Made by a program: the position numbers and the translations under genes | Origin: Thermodesulfatator sp. | GTDB taxonomy: Bacteria > Desulfobacterota > Thermodesulfobacteria > Thermodesulfobacteriales > Thermodesulfobacteriaceae | NCBI GenBank assembly: GCA_027064165.1 | Contig: JAMOQE010000045.1 | Location: 8,504-72,503, forward strand | Direction: 5' to 3' | Length of the DNA: 64,000 nt | The notes under the pieces: generated by a model | Databases searched by the model: none | Seen by the model: only the letters and a program-made list of their open reading frames with translations | Told to the model about the DNA's origin: nothing | Part shown: positions 38,305-48,446 of the stretch, in pieces | Layout of the letters: every line of letters starts with the position of its first letter | Position numbering within the stretch: the first letter of the stretch is position 1

Positions 38305-40947
38305 TTAAAATACTCCTCCCATTATAAAATTCAAATTGCTTGTATCCTCTCCGGATTTTTTATCAATATTATATCCCCATTCAATCCTTATAGGGCCAAG
38401 AGGAGAAAGCCATCTAATACCTATTCCTATGCTCTTTTTAATATTTGAGCATTTAAAGCCTGAAGGCTTATCCCAAACCTCTCCCATATCGTAAAAAATA
38501 ACCCCCATAAAATTAATAGCTTTGGCAATGGGAAAAATATCTTCCACTTGAGTATAAAACATCCGTGTACCACCTATTTTGTCTCCTGTAGCAGGGTCCT
38601 TGGGAGAAACATCTCCATATTTGTATCCCCTTATAGATCCTATACCACCTAAATAAAATCTTTCAAATACAGGAATTTTCTTCCCGGAGCCTTCAGTAAT
38701 GTATCCATATCCTAATTTTATATGTCCCGTTGTCCTAAAAACAGGGAAAAATACATGATGAGTACCGGTAATTTTGAAGTAATTACTATCTCCTCCCAGA
38801 CCTGCATATTCAGTGTCTAAAGCGTGATACCAACCCTCTGTTGGTAAAAAGAATTGATTTCTGGAATCATATTTTATTCCTGCCTGTATTGCACTTGTAG
38901 TATGAATGTCTTTAGAGTCTTTAATTACCTGAGCAGCATCCTCAGCCACATCCTCAAGATCTGTATGATCAAATCTATAACCTGCATATCCGGACAGATT
39001 TAAAGAAAAATTGTAACCGACTTTTATACTTATTCCCCTACTCTTTTTAGTAAAGTCTGTATATTCTATCTTATAATCGTAAATAGAAGAACCAAGTGAA
39101 TAACGGGTGTCCAGAAAATATGGATCAAAAAAATCAAGAGAGTATCTGATTCTTTCAGAACTCATACTTAAAGAAAGACTTACTTTCTGGCCTTTACCCA
39201 AAAAATTTCTTTCTGAAATCTGAGTCATAAAATAAAATTTGTCTCTTGAGCTATAACCTCCTCCCAGACCAAAACTTCCGGTACGCGTCTCTTTAACCTT
39301 GACTTTTAAATTAAGCTCATCCTCCTTAGCAGCTTTTTCCTGCTTAATCTGCACATCCTGAAAAAATCCAAGTCTTCTAATTCTTTCTTCACTTTTTTCT
39401 ATTCTTTTTGCACTATAAGGCCACTTTTCTGCAATTAAAATCTGCCTTCTTATTACTTTGTCTCTCGTTTTAGTATTACCTGTAATTTCGACCCTGTTTA
39501 TGTAAACTACAGGCCCTTTATGTACTTTATAAGTAATATTAACCACTTTTTTGTCTGGATGTTTATCAAAATAAGTATTCACTTTGGCATAAGCATATCC
39601 GTGATCAGCAAAAAGATGTGTTAAAAGAACTTTATCTTCTTTCAATTTCTCAAGGCTGAACACATCCCCTGATTTAAGAAAAAGCTTTTTCTTAATAAAA
39701 CCTTGAGGAAAAAGATCCTGAACCACTTTAATACTACCTATTCTATAACAGGGCCCTTCTTCAACAGGAATGGTAATTATAACCCCGTCTTTTTCTTCTT
39801 TTACAGAGGGCTCTCCAATTTTTACATCAAGATAGCCATGATTTTTATAAAACAGCTCTATCTTGGCAAGGTCTCTTTTTAAATACATCATATTGTAAAC
39901 CCCTGGTTCTGCAACAGAGCCAGGTTTCAAAATTGTCTTTAAGTAATAAATAACCTTTCTAACTCGCATAAAAGAAGCTTTCTCTGAAACAGAAAGAAGG
40001 CCCTTCAATTTATCATCTGAAAAAGCACGATTACCAACAAATTCTATTTTTTTTATATATCTTTTCTGACCTTCTTTTATGTGAAAAATAAGTTTTACCT
40101 GAGTGGGCGAAACTTTTTTCTGAGAAACTTCCACCCTGGTTCCCTGAAATCCTTTTTGCTCATAAAAACTGATGATATTTGAAATAGCCTTATCAAGAAG
40201 CTCTGGAGTTACTATCTCACCCTTTTGTAATTTCACCACTCTGAAAAGCACTGCATCCTTTACAGATTCATTACCTTTAAACTCGGCTTCCTTAAGAGTC
40301 GGCCTTTCTTTTAGCTTAAAAATAAGAATAGCCCCTTTTTTCCCTTCTTCTAAGTATGCCTCTACATTTTCAAAATATCCGAGGTCATAAATGGCTTTTA
40401 AAGACTCATCAACTTTCTTTAAATCCAAAATATCCCCAGGCTTAAGTTTAATAACAGAAAAGATCAAGTCAGTACCTACATTTAGATTTCCGGAAACTCT
40501 TATGTCCTCTATAAGCACTTTCTTTTCCACTATGCTTTCCAAGTGTTTAATAGTTTGAGAAATAATATCAGAGAGATTCTGCTTTTTTCCGGTTACATAA
40601 AAATAAAATGGCTCTCTTGTTCCAATTTTTTTTATTTTCCATTCAAAACTCATTTCATTCCCTATTGAAATACACTTCACACGGGCAATTAAATAAGCAC
40701 GCCCTGTTCTCAAAAAAGAAAGAGCTTTTCTTTGAGAAAGAGACCTAATCTCCAGATTGAGGCCCTTCTTTATTGCCTGAGAAACAAGTTCTTTTAAATA
40801 CATCTTTAAGTAAACCCCGGACTGCTTCCCCCCTTGAGAAGAAGTTGAATAAATTATAACTGTTTTTAATTCTTTGGCTTTTAAAGAAGCAGAAAATAAA
40901 ATCAGGAAGAAAAACAAAAATAAATAAAATATTCTTATCTGCTTCAA
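38305..40947 (-). CDS. bamA: Outer membrane protein assembly factor BamA with an extra N-terminal domain
   Basis: POTRA repeats begin at about residue 144 (VLIEDIRVSGN). The C-terminal beta-barrel ends in ...NFIMGGVF. TTG start preceded by AAAGGAGAGG. Confidence 0.85.
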   Translation of the reverse strand: MKQIRIFYLFLFFFLILFSASLKAKELKTVIIYSTSSQGGKQSGVYLKMYLKELVSQAIKKGLNLEIRSLSQRKALSFLRTGRAYLIARVKCISIGNEMSFEWKIKKIGTREPFYFYVTGKKQNLSDIISQTIKHLESIVEKKVLIEDIRVSGNLNVGTDLIFSVIKLKPGDILDLKKVDESLKAIYDLGYFENVEAYLEEGKKGAILIFKLKERPTLKEAEFKGNESVKDAVLFRVVKLQKGEIVTPELLDKAISNIISFYEQKGFQGTRVEVSQKKVSPTQVKLIFHIKEGQKRYIKKIEFVGNRAFSDDKLKGLLSVSEKASFMRVRKVIYYLKTILKPGSVAEPGVYNMMYLKRDLAKIELFYKNHGYLDVKIGEPSVKEEKDGVIITIPVEEGPCYRIGSIKVVQDLFPQGFIKKKLFLKSGDVFSLEKLKEDKVLLTHLFADHGYAYAKVNTYFDKHPDKKVVNITYKVHKGPVVYINRVEITGNTKTRDKVIRRQILIAEKWPYSAKRIEKSEERIRRLGFFQDVQIKQEKAAKEDELNLKVKVKETRTGSFGLGGGYSSRDKFYFMTQISERNFLGKGQKVSLSLSMSSERIRYSLDFFDPYFLDTRYSLGSSIYDYKIEYTDFTKKSRGISIKVGYNFSLNLSGYAGYRFDHTDLEDVAEDAAQVIKDSKDIHTTSAIQAGIKYDSRNQFFLPTEGWYHALDTEYAGLGGDSNYFKITGTHHVFFPVFRTTGHIKLGYGYITEGSGKKIPVFERFYLGGIGSIRGYKYGDVSPKDPATGDKIGGTRMFYTQVEDIFPIAKAINFMGVIFYDMGEVWDKPSGFKCSNIKKSIGIGIRWLSPLGPIRIEWGYNIDKKSGEDTSNLNFIMGGVF

Positions 40948-40968
40948 CTTCCTCTCCTTTTAAAAATT

Positions 40969-41006
40969 TTTTACAATTTTATCAAAATTTTACAATTTTA
41001 TCAAAA
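40969..41006. repeat. Perfect 19-bp tandem duplication (2 x TTTTACAATTTTATCAAAA) spanning the lolD stop codon
   Basis: Copy 1 is 40969..40987 and copy 2 is 40988..41006; they are identical base for base. Copy 2 carries the last lolD codons and the TAA stop. Copy 1 lies in the lolD-bamA spacer. Confidence 0.9.
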
Positions 41007-41664
41007 CACCGCTTTTTAATAAAAAGATTTTATCCATTTTTTTGGCAAAGTCCAGATTGTGGGTTACAAGTATCAAAGTAGTCCCTGCCTCTTTATTTGC
41101 CTTTAAAAAAGCCTGTATTACTTCTTCGGCAGTTTGAGGATCCAGATTCCCTGTGGGTTCATCAGCAAGAAGGAGTGGAGGATCTAAGAGCAAAGCCCTT
41201 GCTATGGCCACCCTTTGCCTTTCTCCCCCTGAAAGATGGGAAGGTTTATAAAAGAGCCTTTCACCCAGCCCAAAAAGTTCAAGAAGGGCCCTGGCACGCT
41301 CACCGGCTTCCTTATCTTTAAGGCCTGCCAGTTTCCCTGGAAGCACTACATTTTCAAGCACATTAAGCTCTGGTAAAAGATAGTGCATCTGAAATACAAA
41401 TCCTATAAATCTCTTCCTTACCTCTGCAAGCTCACTCTCTGATATTAAACTTAGGCTCTTTCCATTTAAGAAAAGTTCTCCACTATCTGGCTTTTCAAGA
41501 GTACCAATAATGTGAAGGAGGGTGGTTTTCCCAACTCCAGAAGGCCCAACTATTGCTATTTTCTCTCCTTTTTCTACGGAAAGATTTACCCCCTTTAAAA
41601 TCTCCACCCTTTTGTTGAGATAAAAAAAACTTTTCCTTATTCTCTGAAGTACCAAAAAACTCAT
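40990..41664 (-). CDS. lolD: Lipoprotein-releasing system ATP-binding protein LolD
   Basis: Walker [10 protein letters not shown], signature LSGGERQR and Walker B LLLADEP. It lies downstream of a LolC/E-type permease gene. Confidence 0.85.
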   Translation of the reverse strand: MSFLVLQRIRKSFFYLNKRVEILKGVNLSVEKGEKIAIVGPSGVGKTTLLHIIGTLEKPDSGELFLNGKSLSLISESELAEVRKRFIGFVFQMHYLLPELNVLENVVLPGKLAGLKDKEAGERARALLELFGLGERLFYKPSHLSGGERQRVAIARALLLDPPLLLADEPTGNLDPQTAEEVIQAFLKANKEAGTTLILVTHNLDFAKKMDKIFLLKSGVLIKL

Positions 41665-41666
41665 AT

Positions 41667-42893
41667 TTATCCCTGTCTTAATATTTCAGCAGGATAAAAT
41701 TTTGCTGCCTTTTTTGCTGGATAAAGGCAGGCAAGTATACTTATCAACATGGAAGTAAAAACTATAAAACAAAGGTCAGAAAGCGCCACTTTGACGGGGA
41801 GGTATTCCACTGGATAGACATCACTGGGCAGTTTTACCACAGGGACCTTGCTCAGAAACTCACACATTGCAAGGCCTAACCCGGTGCCCAATACTACCCC
41901 AATAAAAGAAAGAATAAAACCACAATAAAAAAACACTTTTAAGACATCCCGAGAAGTAGCTCCCATAGCCTTAATAATAGCTATATCTACCTTCTTTTCA
42001 TTAACAAGCATCACCATCGCAGCGACAATTGTGAAAAGAGAAACCACCACCATCAAGGTTAAAATAACAAATAACCCTGTTTTCTCAAGCTTTAAAGCAG
42101 TAAAAAGATTTCTGTTCCACTCCTGCCAGTCAATAATACTGGCAACTCCCTTTAACCGTTTAGAAAGCCGCTCTTTGTAAAAATGTGCCTTAAATGGATC
42201 TTTTAATTTAAGCTCTATTCCGTAATAAGAAGGTTTAGCCTTTTTTAAAAAGGCCTTATATGAAGTGAAACCAATGCTCTCGTCGTAATCGTAAACCCCT
42301 GTTCTAAAAATGCCTACCACTCTAAAAGCAAGTACTCTGGGGAAAAAACCAAAAATAGTATAAATTCCCTCCACACTAAGAAGCTTTACCCTGCTTCCAA
42401 GTCTCACTCCAAGCCTATCAGCAAGCTTTTCTCCCAGCACAAGAGGAAGATCTTTATCCCAGTGAGTTTTTTTTATATCTGGAGATAGCTCTAAATGTTC
42501 AAAGTTTTTTTCTTTTTTTAATTGCAAAAGATCTATCCCTTTAAGGACTATAGCCTGGGGGCTTCCCATATATATTGCAAGGCCCTGTAGTTGGAAAAAA
42601 GGGGAAATATTTTTTAACTCTTTTTCAGGAATAACCTCCTTTACAGTCTTTATTACATAGGGAGTAAGATCTTTTTCTGCAAAAGCTATGCTTATATGAG
42701 GATTAAAACCAAGCACTTTTTCAAGCACTGCATCTTTAAAACCTGTCATTACTGCACTCACCACTGTAAGGGCACAAACACTGAGACAAACTCCAAGCAC
42801 TGCTATAAGGGAAATAACTCCTGTAAATCTTTCCCGTTTAGGAGAAAAAACATACTTCAGAGCCAGCCAGAGTTGCCAATTTTTAAAAACCAT
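41667..42893 (-). CDS. Lipoprotein-releasing system permease (LolC/LolE family, FtsX-like)
   Basis: N-terminal TM, a large periplasmic loop, and a C-terminal FtsX-like 3-TM domain (IAIIKAMGA). Confidence 0.8.
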   Translation of the reverse strand: MVFKNWQLWLALKYVFSPKRERFTGVISLIAVLGVCLSVCALTVVSAVMTGFKDAVLEKVLGFNPHISIAFAEKDLTPYVIKTVKEVIPEKELKNISPFFQLQGLAIYMGSPQAIVLKGIDLLQLKKEKNFEHLELSPDIKKTHWDKDLPLVLGEKLADRLGVRLGSRVKLLSVEGIYTIFGFFPRVLAFRVVGIFRTGVYDYDESIGFTSYKAFLKKAKPSYYGIELKLKDPFKAHFYKERLSKRLKGVASIIDWQEWNRNLFTALKLEKTGLFVILTLMVVVSLFTIVAAMVMLVNEKKVDIAIIKAMGATSRDVLKVFFYCGFILSFIGVVLGTGLGLAMCEFLSKVPVVKLPSDVYPVEYLPVKVALSDLCFIVFTSMLISILACLYPAKKAAKFYPAEILRQG

Positions 42894-42894
42894 T

Positions 42895-44424
42895 TTAAAG
42901 ATCTTCTTTTCTTCTCAAATGTGGAAAGAGGATCACCTCTCTTATGGAAGGACTATCAGTAAAAAGCATTACCACCCTGTCTATCCCTATTCCTTCTCCT
43001 GCACAGGGAGGCATACCATACTCAAGGGCTCTCAGAAAGTCTTCGTCTATTTCAGGTGGAATCTCGTCATCCACCTCTCTGAGCTTTATTTGTTCTTCAA
43101 ATCTCTGCCTTTGATCCCTTGGATCATTAAGCTCGGAAAAGGCGTTAGCCACCTCTTTTCCAGCAATGTAAAGCTCAAATCTGTCTGCAATTTCTGGATT
43201 GGCTTCATTTCTTCTGGCAAGGGGAGACACCTCAATGGGAAAACCCACCACAAAAGTAGGCTGAATAAGCTTAGGTTCAATAAGTTCTTCAAATAGTTTT
43301 GTCCACCACTTGCCTATGCGTGGATCTTTTTGATTTAGCTCAATACCTTTTTCCCGGGCAAAGTTAAATAACTTTTCTCTATCATAAAGCACCTCTTCTG
43401 GAACTCCAGCTATCTCTATAAGGGATTTCATAAAGTCAATTCTCTTCCAGGGAGGAGTAAAATCAATGGTATGTCCCTGATACTCAAGGGTAGGCTTGCC
43501 CTTTATCTCCATACACAAGCCATAAAACAGCTCTTCTGTCCTTTTAATAAGATCCTCGTAAGTTGCATAGGCCTCGTAAAACTCAAGCATGGTAAATTCA
43601 GGATTATGTCTGGTTGAGACCCCTTCGTTTCTAAAATTTCTGTTTATTTCAAAGACCCTTTCAAAGCCTCCTACAATCAATCTTTTTAAGTAAAGCTCAG
43701 GGGCAATTCTTAGATAGAGATTCATTTCCAAAGCATTGTGATAGGTAATAAAAGGTCTGGCAGTAGCTCCTCCTGCAATGGGATGCATCATGGGAGTTTC
43801 CACTTCAAGAAAACCTTCTGAAATGAAGTAATTTCTTATGTATTGCACAATCCTTGTTCTTGTCCGAAAAAGCTCCCTTACTCTTTCGTTCATAATAAGA
43901 TCAAGATACCTCATACGGTACCGGAGCTCAGTATCTCTTAAGCCGTGATATTTCTCAGGAAGAGGCCTTAAAGATTTGGTAAGAAGCTTGAATTCCTTAA
44001 CGAGTATCGTTATTTCTCCAGTTTTTGTCTTTATAATTCTACCCTTAACACCTATTATGTCTCCAATATCAATCATTTTTTTGAAAAATTTAAAATTTTC
44101 AGCATCAACTTCTCCTTTTGCCACAAGAAGCTGAATTTTGTCTGTGGCATCCTGAAGATGGGCAAAGATAAGTTTTCCCATTTCTCTTTTTGCCATAAGC
44201 CTTCCCGCAAGGCTGAACTCTACTTTTACTTTCTCCAGTTCTTCTGAAGTAAGAGGACCATACTTTTCTTTAATATACTTTGCCCGATCAAGAGGTTTAA
44301 AGTCATTAGGATAAGGATTAACCCCCATTTCTTCTATTTTTTTTAGTTTCTCCCGTCTTACTTTGATAACCTGTGAATCTTCCTGCATAAAATCCCCCTT
44401 ATTACGATTTTTGTTTTTGTCCAA
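42895..44424 (-). CDS. lysS: Lysine--tRNA ligase (class II)
   Basis: OB anticodon-binding domain plus class II motifs (RNEG.S.RHNPEFT, GIGIDRL-like GIGIDRVVM). The start may be Met13 at nt 44388. Confidence 0.95.
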   Translation of the reverse strand: MDKNKNRNKGDFMQEDSQVIKVRREKLKKIEEMGVNPYPNDFKPLDRAKYIKEKYGPLTSEELEKVKVEFSLAGRLMAKREMGKLIFAHLQDATDKIQLLVAKGEVDAENFKFFKKMIDIGDIIGVKGRIIKTKTGEITILVKEFKLLTKSLRPLPEKYHGLRDTELRYRMRYLDLIMNERVRELFRTRTRIVQYIRNYFISEGFLEVETPMMHPIAGGATARPFITYHNALEMNLYLRIAPELYLKRLIVGGFERVFEINRNFRNEGVSTRHNPEFTMLEFYEAYATYEDLIKRTEELFYGLCMEIKGKPTLEYQGHTIDFTPPWKRIDFMKSLIEIAGVPEEVLYDREKLFNFAREKGIELNQKDPRIGKWWTKLFEELIEPKLIQPTFVVGFPIEVSPLARRNEANPEIADRFELYIAGKEVANAFSELNDPRDQRQRFEEQIKLREVDDEIPPEIDEDFLRALEYGMPPCAGEGIGIDRVVMLFTDSPSIREVILFPHLRRKEDL

Positions 44425-45370
44425 AAGAAAGGGAAGCTCTCGGGTGAGAAGAAAGATAAACTTTAAGCAAATATTCGTAGCCTACTTTGGTATAAATTTC
44501 AGTGGTAGAAAGATTGGCATGGCCAAGAAGTTCCTGAATGCTTCTTAAGTCTGCACCGGCATTAAGAAGATGGGTGGCAAAAGCGTGTCTTAAAGCATGG
44601 GGATGAAGAGAAAAAAGGCCAGACTTAAGCCCAAGTCTTTTTATAATGTATCTTATTCCTCTTTCTCCGAGCCTTTCTCCTTTAGCATTCAAAAATACAT
44701 AAGGAGACTCTTTTCCAAGCTCTTTTAGCTTTTGTTCTCTTTTGGGAAGATATTCTTCCAGAGCCTCTAAAGCCTTCTGACCAAAAGGCACAAGCCTCTC
44801 TTTGTCCCCCTTACCCTTAACCCTTATTATACGAAGCTTACTGTCAATCTGTTCAAGGGTGAGATTACTTGCTTCACTTACTCTCAAACCACATCCATAG
44901 ATCAATTCCAGAAGTGCCCTATCCCTTGCTCCGAGAAAATCTTTTCCGGTAACTTCTTCTATCATGGAATTAAGCTCTTCTTCAGAAGGCACATAAGGAA
45001 GCTTCTTCTCTATCTTAGGAGCCTCCAGTAAAAATACTGCCTCACTCGTCACTCCCTTTCTTTTTAACAAAAACTTATAAAAGCTCTTTATGGCACTCAG
45101 TTTCCTTGCCAGACTTTTTGCACAGAGGCCCTTCTCTTTGAGATTGTAGAAAAAAGTTTTCAAGTGCACTTCATTTACATCTGCTGGATTTTCTATTCCG
45201 AGAGAAGAAAGAAAATTCAGAAATTCTTCAAGGTCGTGTTTATAAGCCTTGAGAGTATGAAAAGAAACCCTTTTTTCAGCTTCAAGATAATTCAAAAATT
45301 CTTTTAAAATATGCTCCCCCATGGTGGTAAATAAGTTATTATAGCAAAATTCTAAAAAGATAGCAATCAA
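44402..45370 (-). CDS. Tyrosine site-specific recombinase, XerC/XerD family
   Basis: SAM-like N-domain and a catalytic domain with ...GLRVSE..., HALRHAFATHLL and LGHANLSTTEIYT. The likely start is Met17 at nt 45322. Confidence 0.8.
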   Translation of the reverse strand: MIAIFLEFCYNNLFTTMGEHILKEFLNYLEAEKRVSFHTLKAYKHDLEEFLNFLSSLGIENPADVNEVHLKTFFYNLKEKGLCAKSLARKLSAIKSFYKFLLKRKGVTSEAVFLLEAPKIEKKLPYVPSEEELNSMIEEVTGKDFLGARDRALLELIYGCGLRVSEASNLTLEQIDSKLRIIRVKGKGDKERLVPFGQKALEALEEYLPKREQKLKELGKESPYVFLNAKGERLGERGIRYIIKRLGLKSGLFSLHPHALRHAFATHLLNAGADLRSIQELLGHANLSTTEIYTKVGYEYLLKVYLSSHPRASLSFGQKQKS

Positions 45371-45386
45371 AATTTTTCAAAAATTT

Positions 45387-46559
45387 TTATTTTTTCAAAA
45401 GAAAAAAAGTGTTTAAAGAAAGGAGGATCCCTACATACAAAGGTATAAGGAGGTGATAAGATATATGTGCTCCCAGAAACCCTGCTGTAAGTGTCCCAAA
45501 GGGATAAATCCCTAAAAAAGACATGCTAAAAAAACTTACAATTCTACCTCTCATTTCCGGACTACATTCTTCCTGTAAAAAAGAATTAGCTATAGGAATG
45601 AAATTAGTAAAAGAAAAACCTATAAGGAGACAGAATGCAAGTAGAAAAAATAAAGATTTAACCAATGAAAGACCAAAGAGGCCCGTAGCCAGAATTACAT
45701 TCGCCAAAAACAAGTGAAATCGTTTGTCTTTAAAGACTTTTCTGAAGGTAACTGAAAGTGCCCCGAGAATAGCTCCCATCCCTATAGAAGAAGAGGCCAA
45801 AGCAAATTCTTTGGCCCCGCCTTTCAATCCCTGATGAACTATCAGAGGGAGCAAAACAAGCAAAGAAGCTCCAAAAAAAGTAAAAATAGATACTGCAACA
45901 ATAACTTTTAAAAGGTAAAGTTTTTTTCTAACATACATAAAGGCTTCTTTAAGAGAAGAAAAAAAGGAAAACTTCTTTGCAGGTAAAATCTTCTTTGTCT
46001 CAGGTAAATTAATAAAATATTTCATAAAAAACAGAAAAGGGACGAAGCTCAATGCATTCAAATAAAAACAGGTGGAAAAGGAGTTTCTGGCAATAAACCA
46101 CCCTGCTATCATGGGACCTATCATTCTGGCAATATTAAAAGAAAGAGACTGAAGTGAAAGGGCCTGGGTAAGAAAATTTAAAGGCACTATGTCTGAAATT
46201 ATTACCTGACGAAGGGGTACATCAAACGCACTCAAACAGCCTGCAAAAAACACAAAAAAGGCTATTTTACTAAAAGTGAGGGCACCTATTTGCATACACA
46301 GCCCCATTCCAAGAGGAGGTAAAACCGAGAGGAAAAGAACAGATGTAAAAAGCTCCTTGTGATTGTACTTATCAATAAAAAAACCTGTAAAGAAGCCCAG
46401 CAAAATTATAGGAAAAGAGGATAAAAAATTGGTAAGTCCTAAATAAAACGAAGAATGTGTAACCTTGTAAATCAACCACTGAAGGGCCGTGTTATTAATC
46501 CAGGTTCCTGTAAAAGAAAGAAAATGCCCCAAAAGAAATAATACAAAATTTTTATTCAT
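45387..46559 (-). CDS. MFS transporter
   Basis: 390 aa with about 12 predicted TM helices and an MFS-like N-terminus (LLGHFLSFTGTWINNTALQWL). Confidence 0.7.
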   Translation of the reverse strand: MNKNFVLFLLGHFLSFTGTWINNTALQWLIYKVTHSSFYLGLTNFLSSFPIILLGFFTGFFIDKYNHKELFTSVLFLSVLPPLGMGLCMQIGALTFSKIAFFVFFAGCLSAFDVPLRQVIISDIVPLNFLTQALSLQSLSFNIARMIGPMIAGWFIARNSFSTCFYLNALSFVPFLFFMKYFINLPETKKILPAKKFSFFSSLKEAFMYVRKKLYLLKVIVAVSIFTFFGASLLVLLPLIVHQGLKGGAKEFALASSSIGMGAILGALSVTFRKVFKDKRFHLFLANVILATGLFGLSLVKSLFFLLAFCLLIGFSFTNFIPIANSFLQEECSPEMRGRIVSFFSMSFLGIYPFGTLTAGFLGAHISYHLLIPLYVGILLSLNTFFLLKK

Positions 46560-46838
46560 TGCCGCCCTATTTTACCAAAAATTTTACAGTTCTCTAATAT
46601 AACCAAAATATTTAGATAATTAAATTAGAACTTTTTCAAGCAAAGTCTATAGTCTATTCACATTTGATTTTTCAGAATATCGCATAAATTCTGGGTGATA
46701 GATCTCAATTTTTTATGTAATTCAAATAATAGAAGCAAAAATTCTATTTTTTAAAAATTTAGTAAATTTAGTCTTTACAAAAAAAATTTTGGGTGTAGGC
46801 TAAGAAGTCAGGAAAAATTTTAAGGAGGTTTGTGTAAC

Positions 46839-47045
46839 ATGTTTAGAGGTAAGGTTAAGTGGTTTGATGAGAAGAAGGGTTATGGGTTCATCTCCAAGGA
46901 GGAAGGGGGCGATGTATTCGTCCACTACTCCGCCATTGACATGCCCGGTTTTAAGACCCTGAAGGAAGGGCAAACCGTGGAATTTGAAGTGGTTGAAGGG
47001 CCCAAAGGCGAACAGGCTTCAAAAGTGAAAGTCGTTGAGGCCTAA
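46839..47045 (+). CDS. cspA: Cold-shock protein (CspA family)
   Basis: [18 protein letters not shown] (RNP1) and VFVHYSAI (RNP2). AAGGAGG lies upstream of ATG 46839; the listed start at 46830 is a non-ATG extension. Confidence 0.95.
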   Translation: MFRGKVKWFDEKKGYGFISKEEGGDVFVHYSAIDMPGFKTLKEGQTVEFEVVEGPKGEQASKVKVVEA

Positions 47046-47065
47046 CTCCTAATCCAAGTCAACCA

Positions 47066-47088
47066 GGGGGAGAGCTCCTCCCCCTTTT
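47066..47088 (+). terminator. Rho-independent terminator after cspA
   Basis: GGGGGAG-AGCTC-CTCCCCC hairpin (47066..47084) followed by TTTT (47085..47088). Confidence 0.75.
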
Positions 47089-47114
47089 CATAATATTTTC
47101 CGCTCAATTCTTCA

Positions 47115-47318
47115 ATGAGAAGTAAAATAATTAGAGCAAAAATTTCTCCTGAAAAAATTGCCTTTTTAAAATTTGTCTTAGATGGCTACAATCATCTGGC
47201 ATTACTTACTGTAAAAGACCCAAAAAAAGGAATTGTAGAATTAAGCTTCTTTCCCACAGAAAAAGAAGAAGTTTTAAATATCCTGCAGGATTTTGCTAAA
47301 AAAATTGAGGAAATTTAA
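47115..47318 (+). CDS. Small conserved hypothetical protein (DUF4911-like)
   Basis: The 67-aa sequence ...[33 protein letters not shown] resembles the DUF4911 family as I recall it. Its 3' end overlaps the convergent aroC by 23 nt. Confidence 0.4.
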   Translation: MRSKIIRAKISPEKIAFLKFVLDGYNHLALLTVKDPKKGIVELSFFPTEKEEVLNILQDFAKKIEEI

Positions 47319-48384
47319 GCCTGTTCCTAAAGGCCAAGATTGCAAGCTGTCTTAAAAGGTGATCTGCAAGCACTATTCTTACCATAGCTTCAACCACAGG
47401 CACTATCCTGGGAATGGCTGAAATATCGTGTCTGCCTCCTATAGAAATTTCCACTTCTTTTCTGTGAATATTTATGGTTTTTTGAGTTTTTCTAATGCTG
47501 GGAATAGGCTTTACAGCCACTCTTAAAATTAAGTCCTGCCCTGAAGAGATACCAGCAAGTGTTCCACCTGCATCGTTTTTGGCAAAGCCATAAGGGGTAA
47601 TAGGATCATTATTTTCTGAGCCTTTTTTTCTTGCTGCCTCAAAACCAGCTCCAAGCTCAACTCCTTTTACCGCCCCTATACTCATAAGTGCCTTTGCAAG
47701 GTCTGCCTCAAGTTTATCAAATACAGGCTCTCCAAGACCAGCAGGCACTCCTTTTGCTATTACCTCAACCACTCCACCTAAGGAGTCTCCTTCCCTTTTG
47801 GTTTCTTCAATAAGCTTTAGCATCTTTTCAAATGCCTCTTCATCCGGACAGTAAAGTGAATTTTTATAGATTTGAGAAAGCTCTCTCTTTTCTACTTTTA
47901 TACCTCCAAGCTCCACAGTATAAGCCAAAACTTCTATCCCATATTCTTCCAGGACTCTTTTTGCCACGGCTCCAGCTGCAACCCTTGCTGCAGTTTCCCG
48001 CCCGCTGCTTCTCCCTCCTCCCCTGTGATCCCTTATGCCATACTTTATGTAATAAGTAAAATCTCCATGGCCTGGCCTGAAAATCTCTCTCAAATGTTCA
48101 TAGGCTTCTGGCCTTGCATCTTTATTCCAGATTAAAAGTGCTATAGGAGTACCTGTAGTTTTTCCTTCAAACACCCCTGAAAGAATCTGCACCTGATCTT
48201 TTTCTTTACGAGGAGTGGAAGAAGGCCCCTTGCCAGGCCTTCTTTTGTCAAGCTCCTTCTGAATATAGGCTTCGTCAAGGGTAAGCCCTGGAGGGCAACC
48301 ATCAACCACAGCCCCAAGTGCCCTGCCATGAGATTCCCCAAAAGTTACAACCTGAAATAGCTTTCCTATCCTGTTTCCACTCAT
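47296..48384 (-). CDS. aroC: Chorismate synthase
   Basis: FGESHG..LG.VVDG.PPG, RPGHGD.TY and GRHD motifs, 362 aa. Confidence 0.95.
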   Translation of the reverse strand: MSGNRIGKLFQVVTFGESHGRALGAVVDGCPPGLTLDEAYIQKELDKRRPGKGPSSTPRKEKDQVQILSGVFEGKTTGTPIALLIWNKDARPEAYEHLREIFRPGHGDFTYYIKYGIRDHRGGGRSSGRETAARVAAGAVAKRVLEEYGIEVLAYTVELGGIKVEKRELSQIYKNSLYCPDEEAFEKMLKLIEETKREGDSLGGVVEVIAKGVPAGLGEPVFDKLEADLAKALMSIGAVKGVELGAGFEAARKKGSENNDPITPYGFAKNDAGGTLAGISSGQDLILRVAVKPIPSIRKTQKTINIHRKEVEISIGGRHDISAIPRIVPVVEAMVRIVLADHLLRQLAILAFRNRLKFPQFF

Positions 48385-48446
48385 GCCAGATTAAAATTAA
48401 CAGAAGTTTTTGTGTTTGTAAATAATTTTGTTATATTTATGTTATT

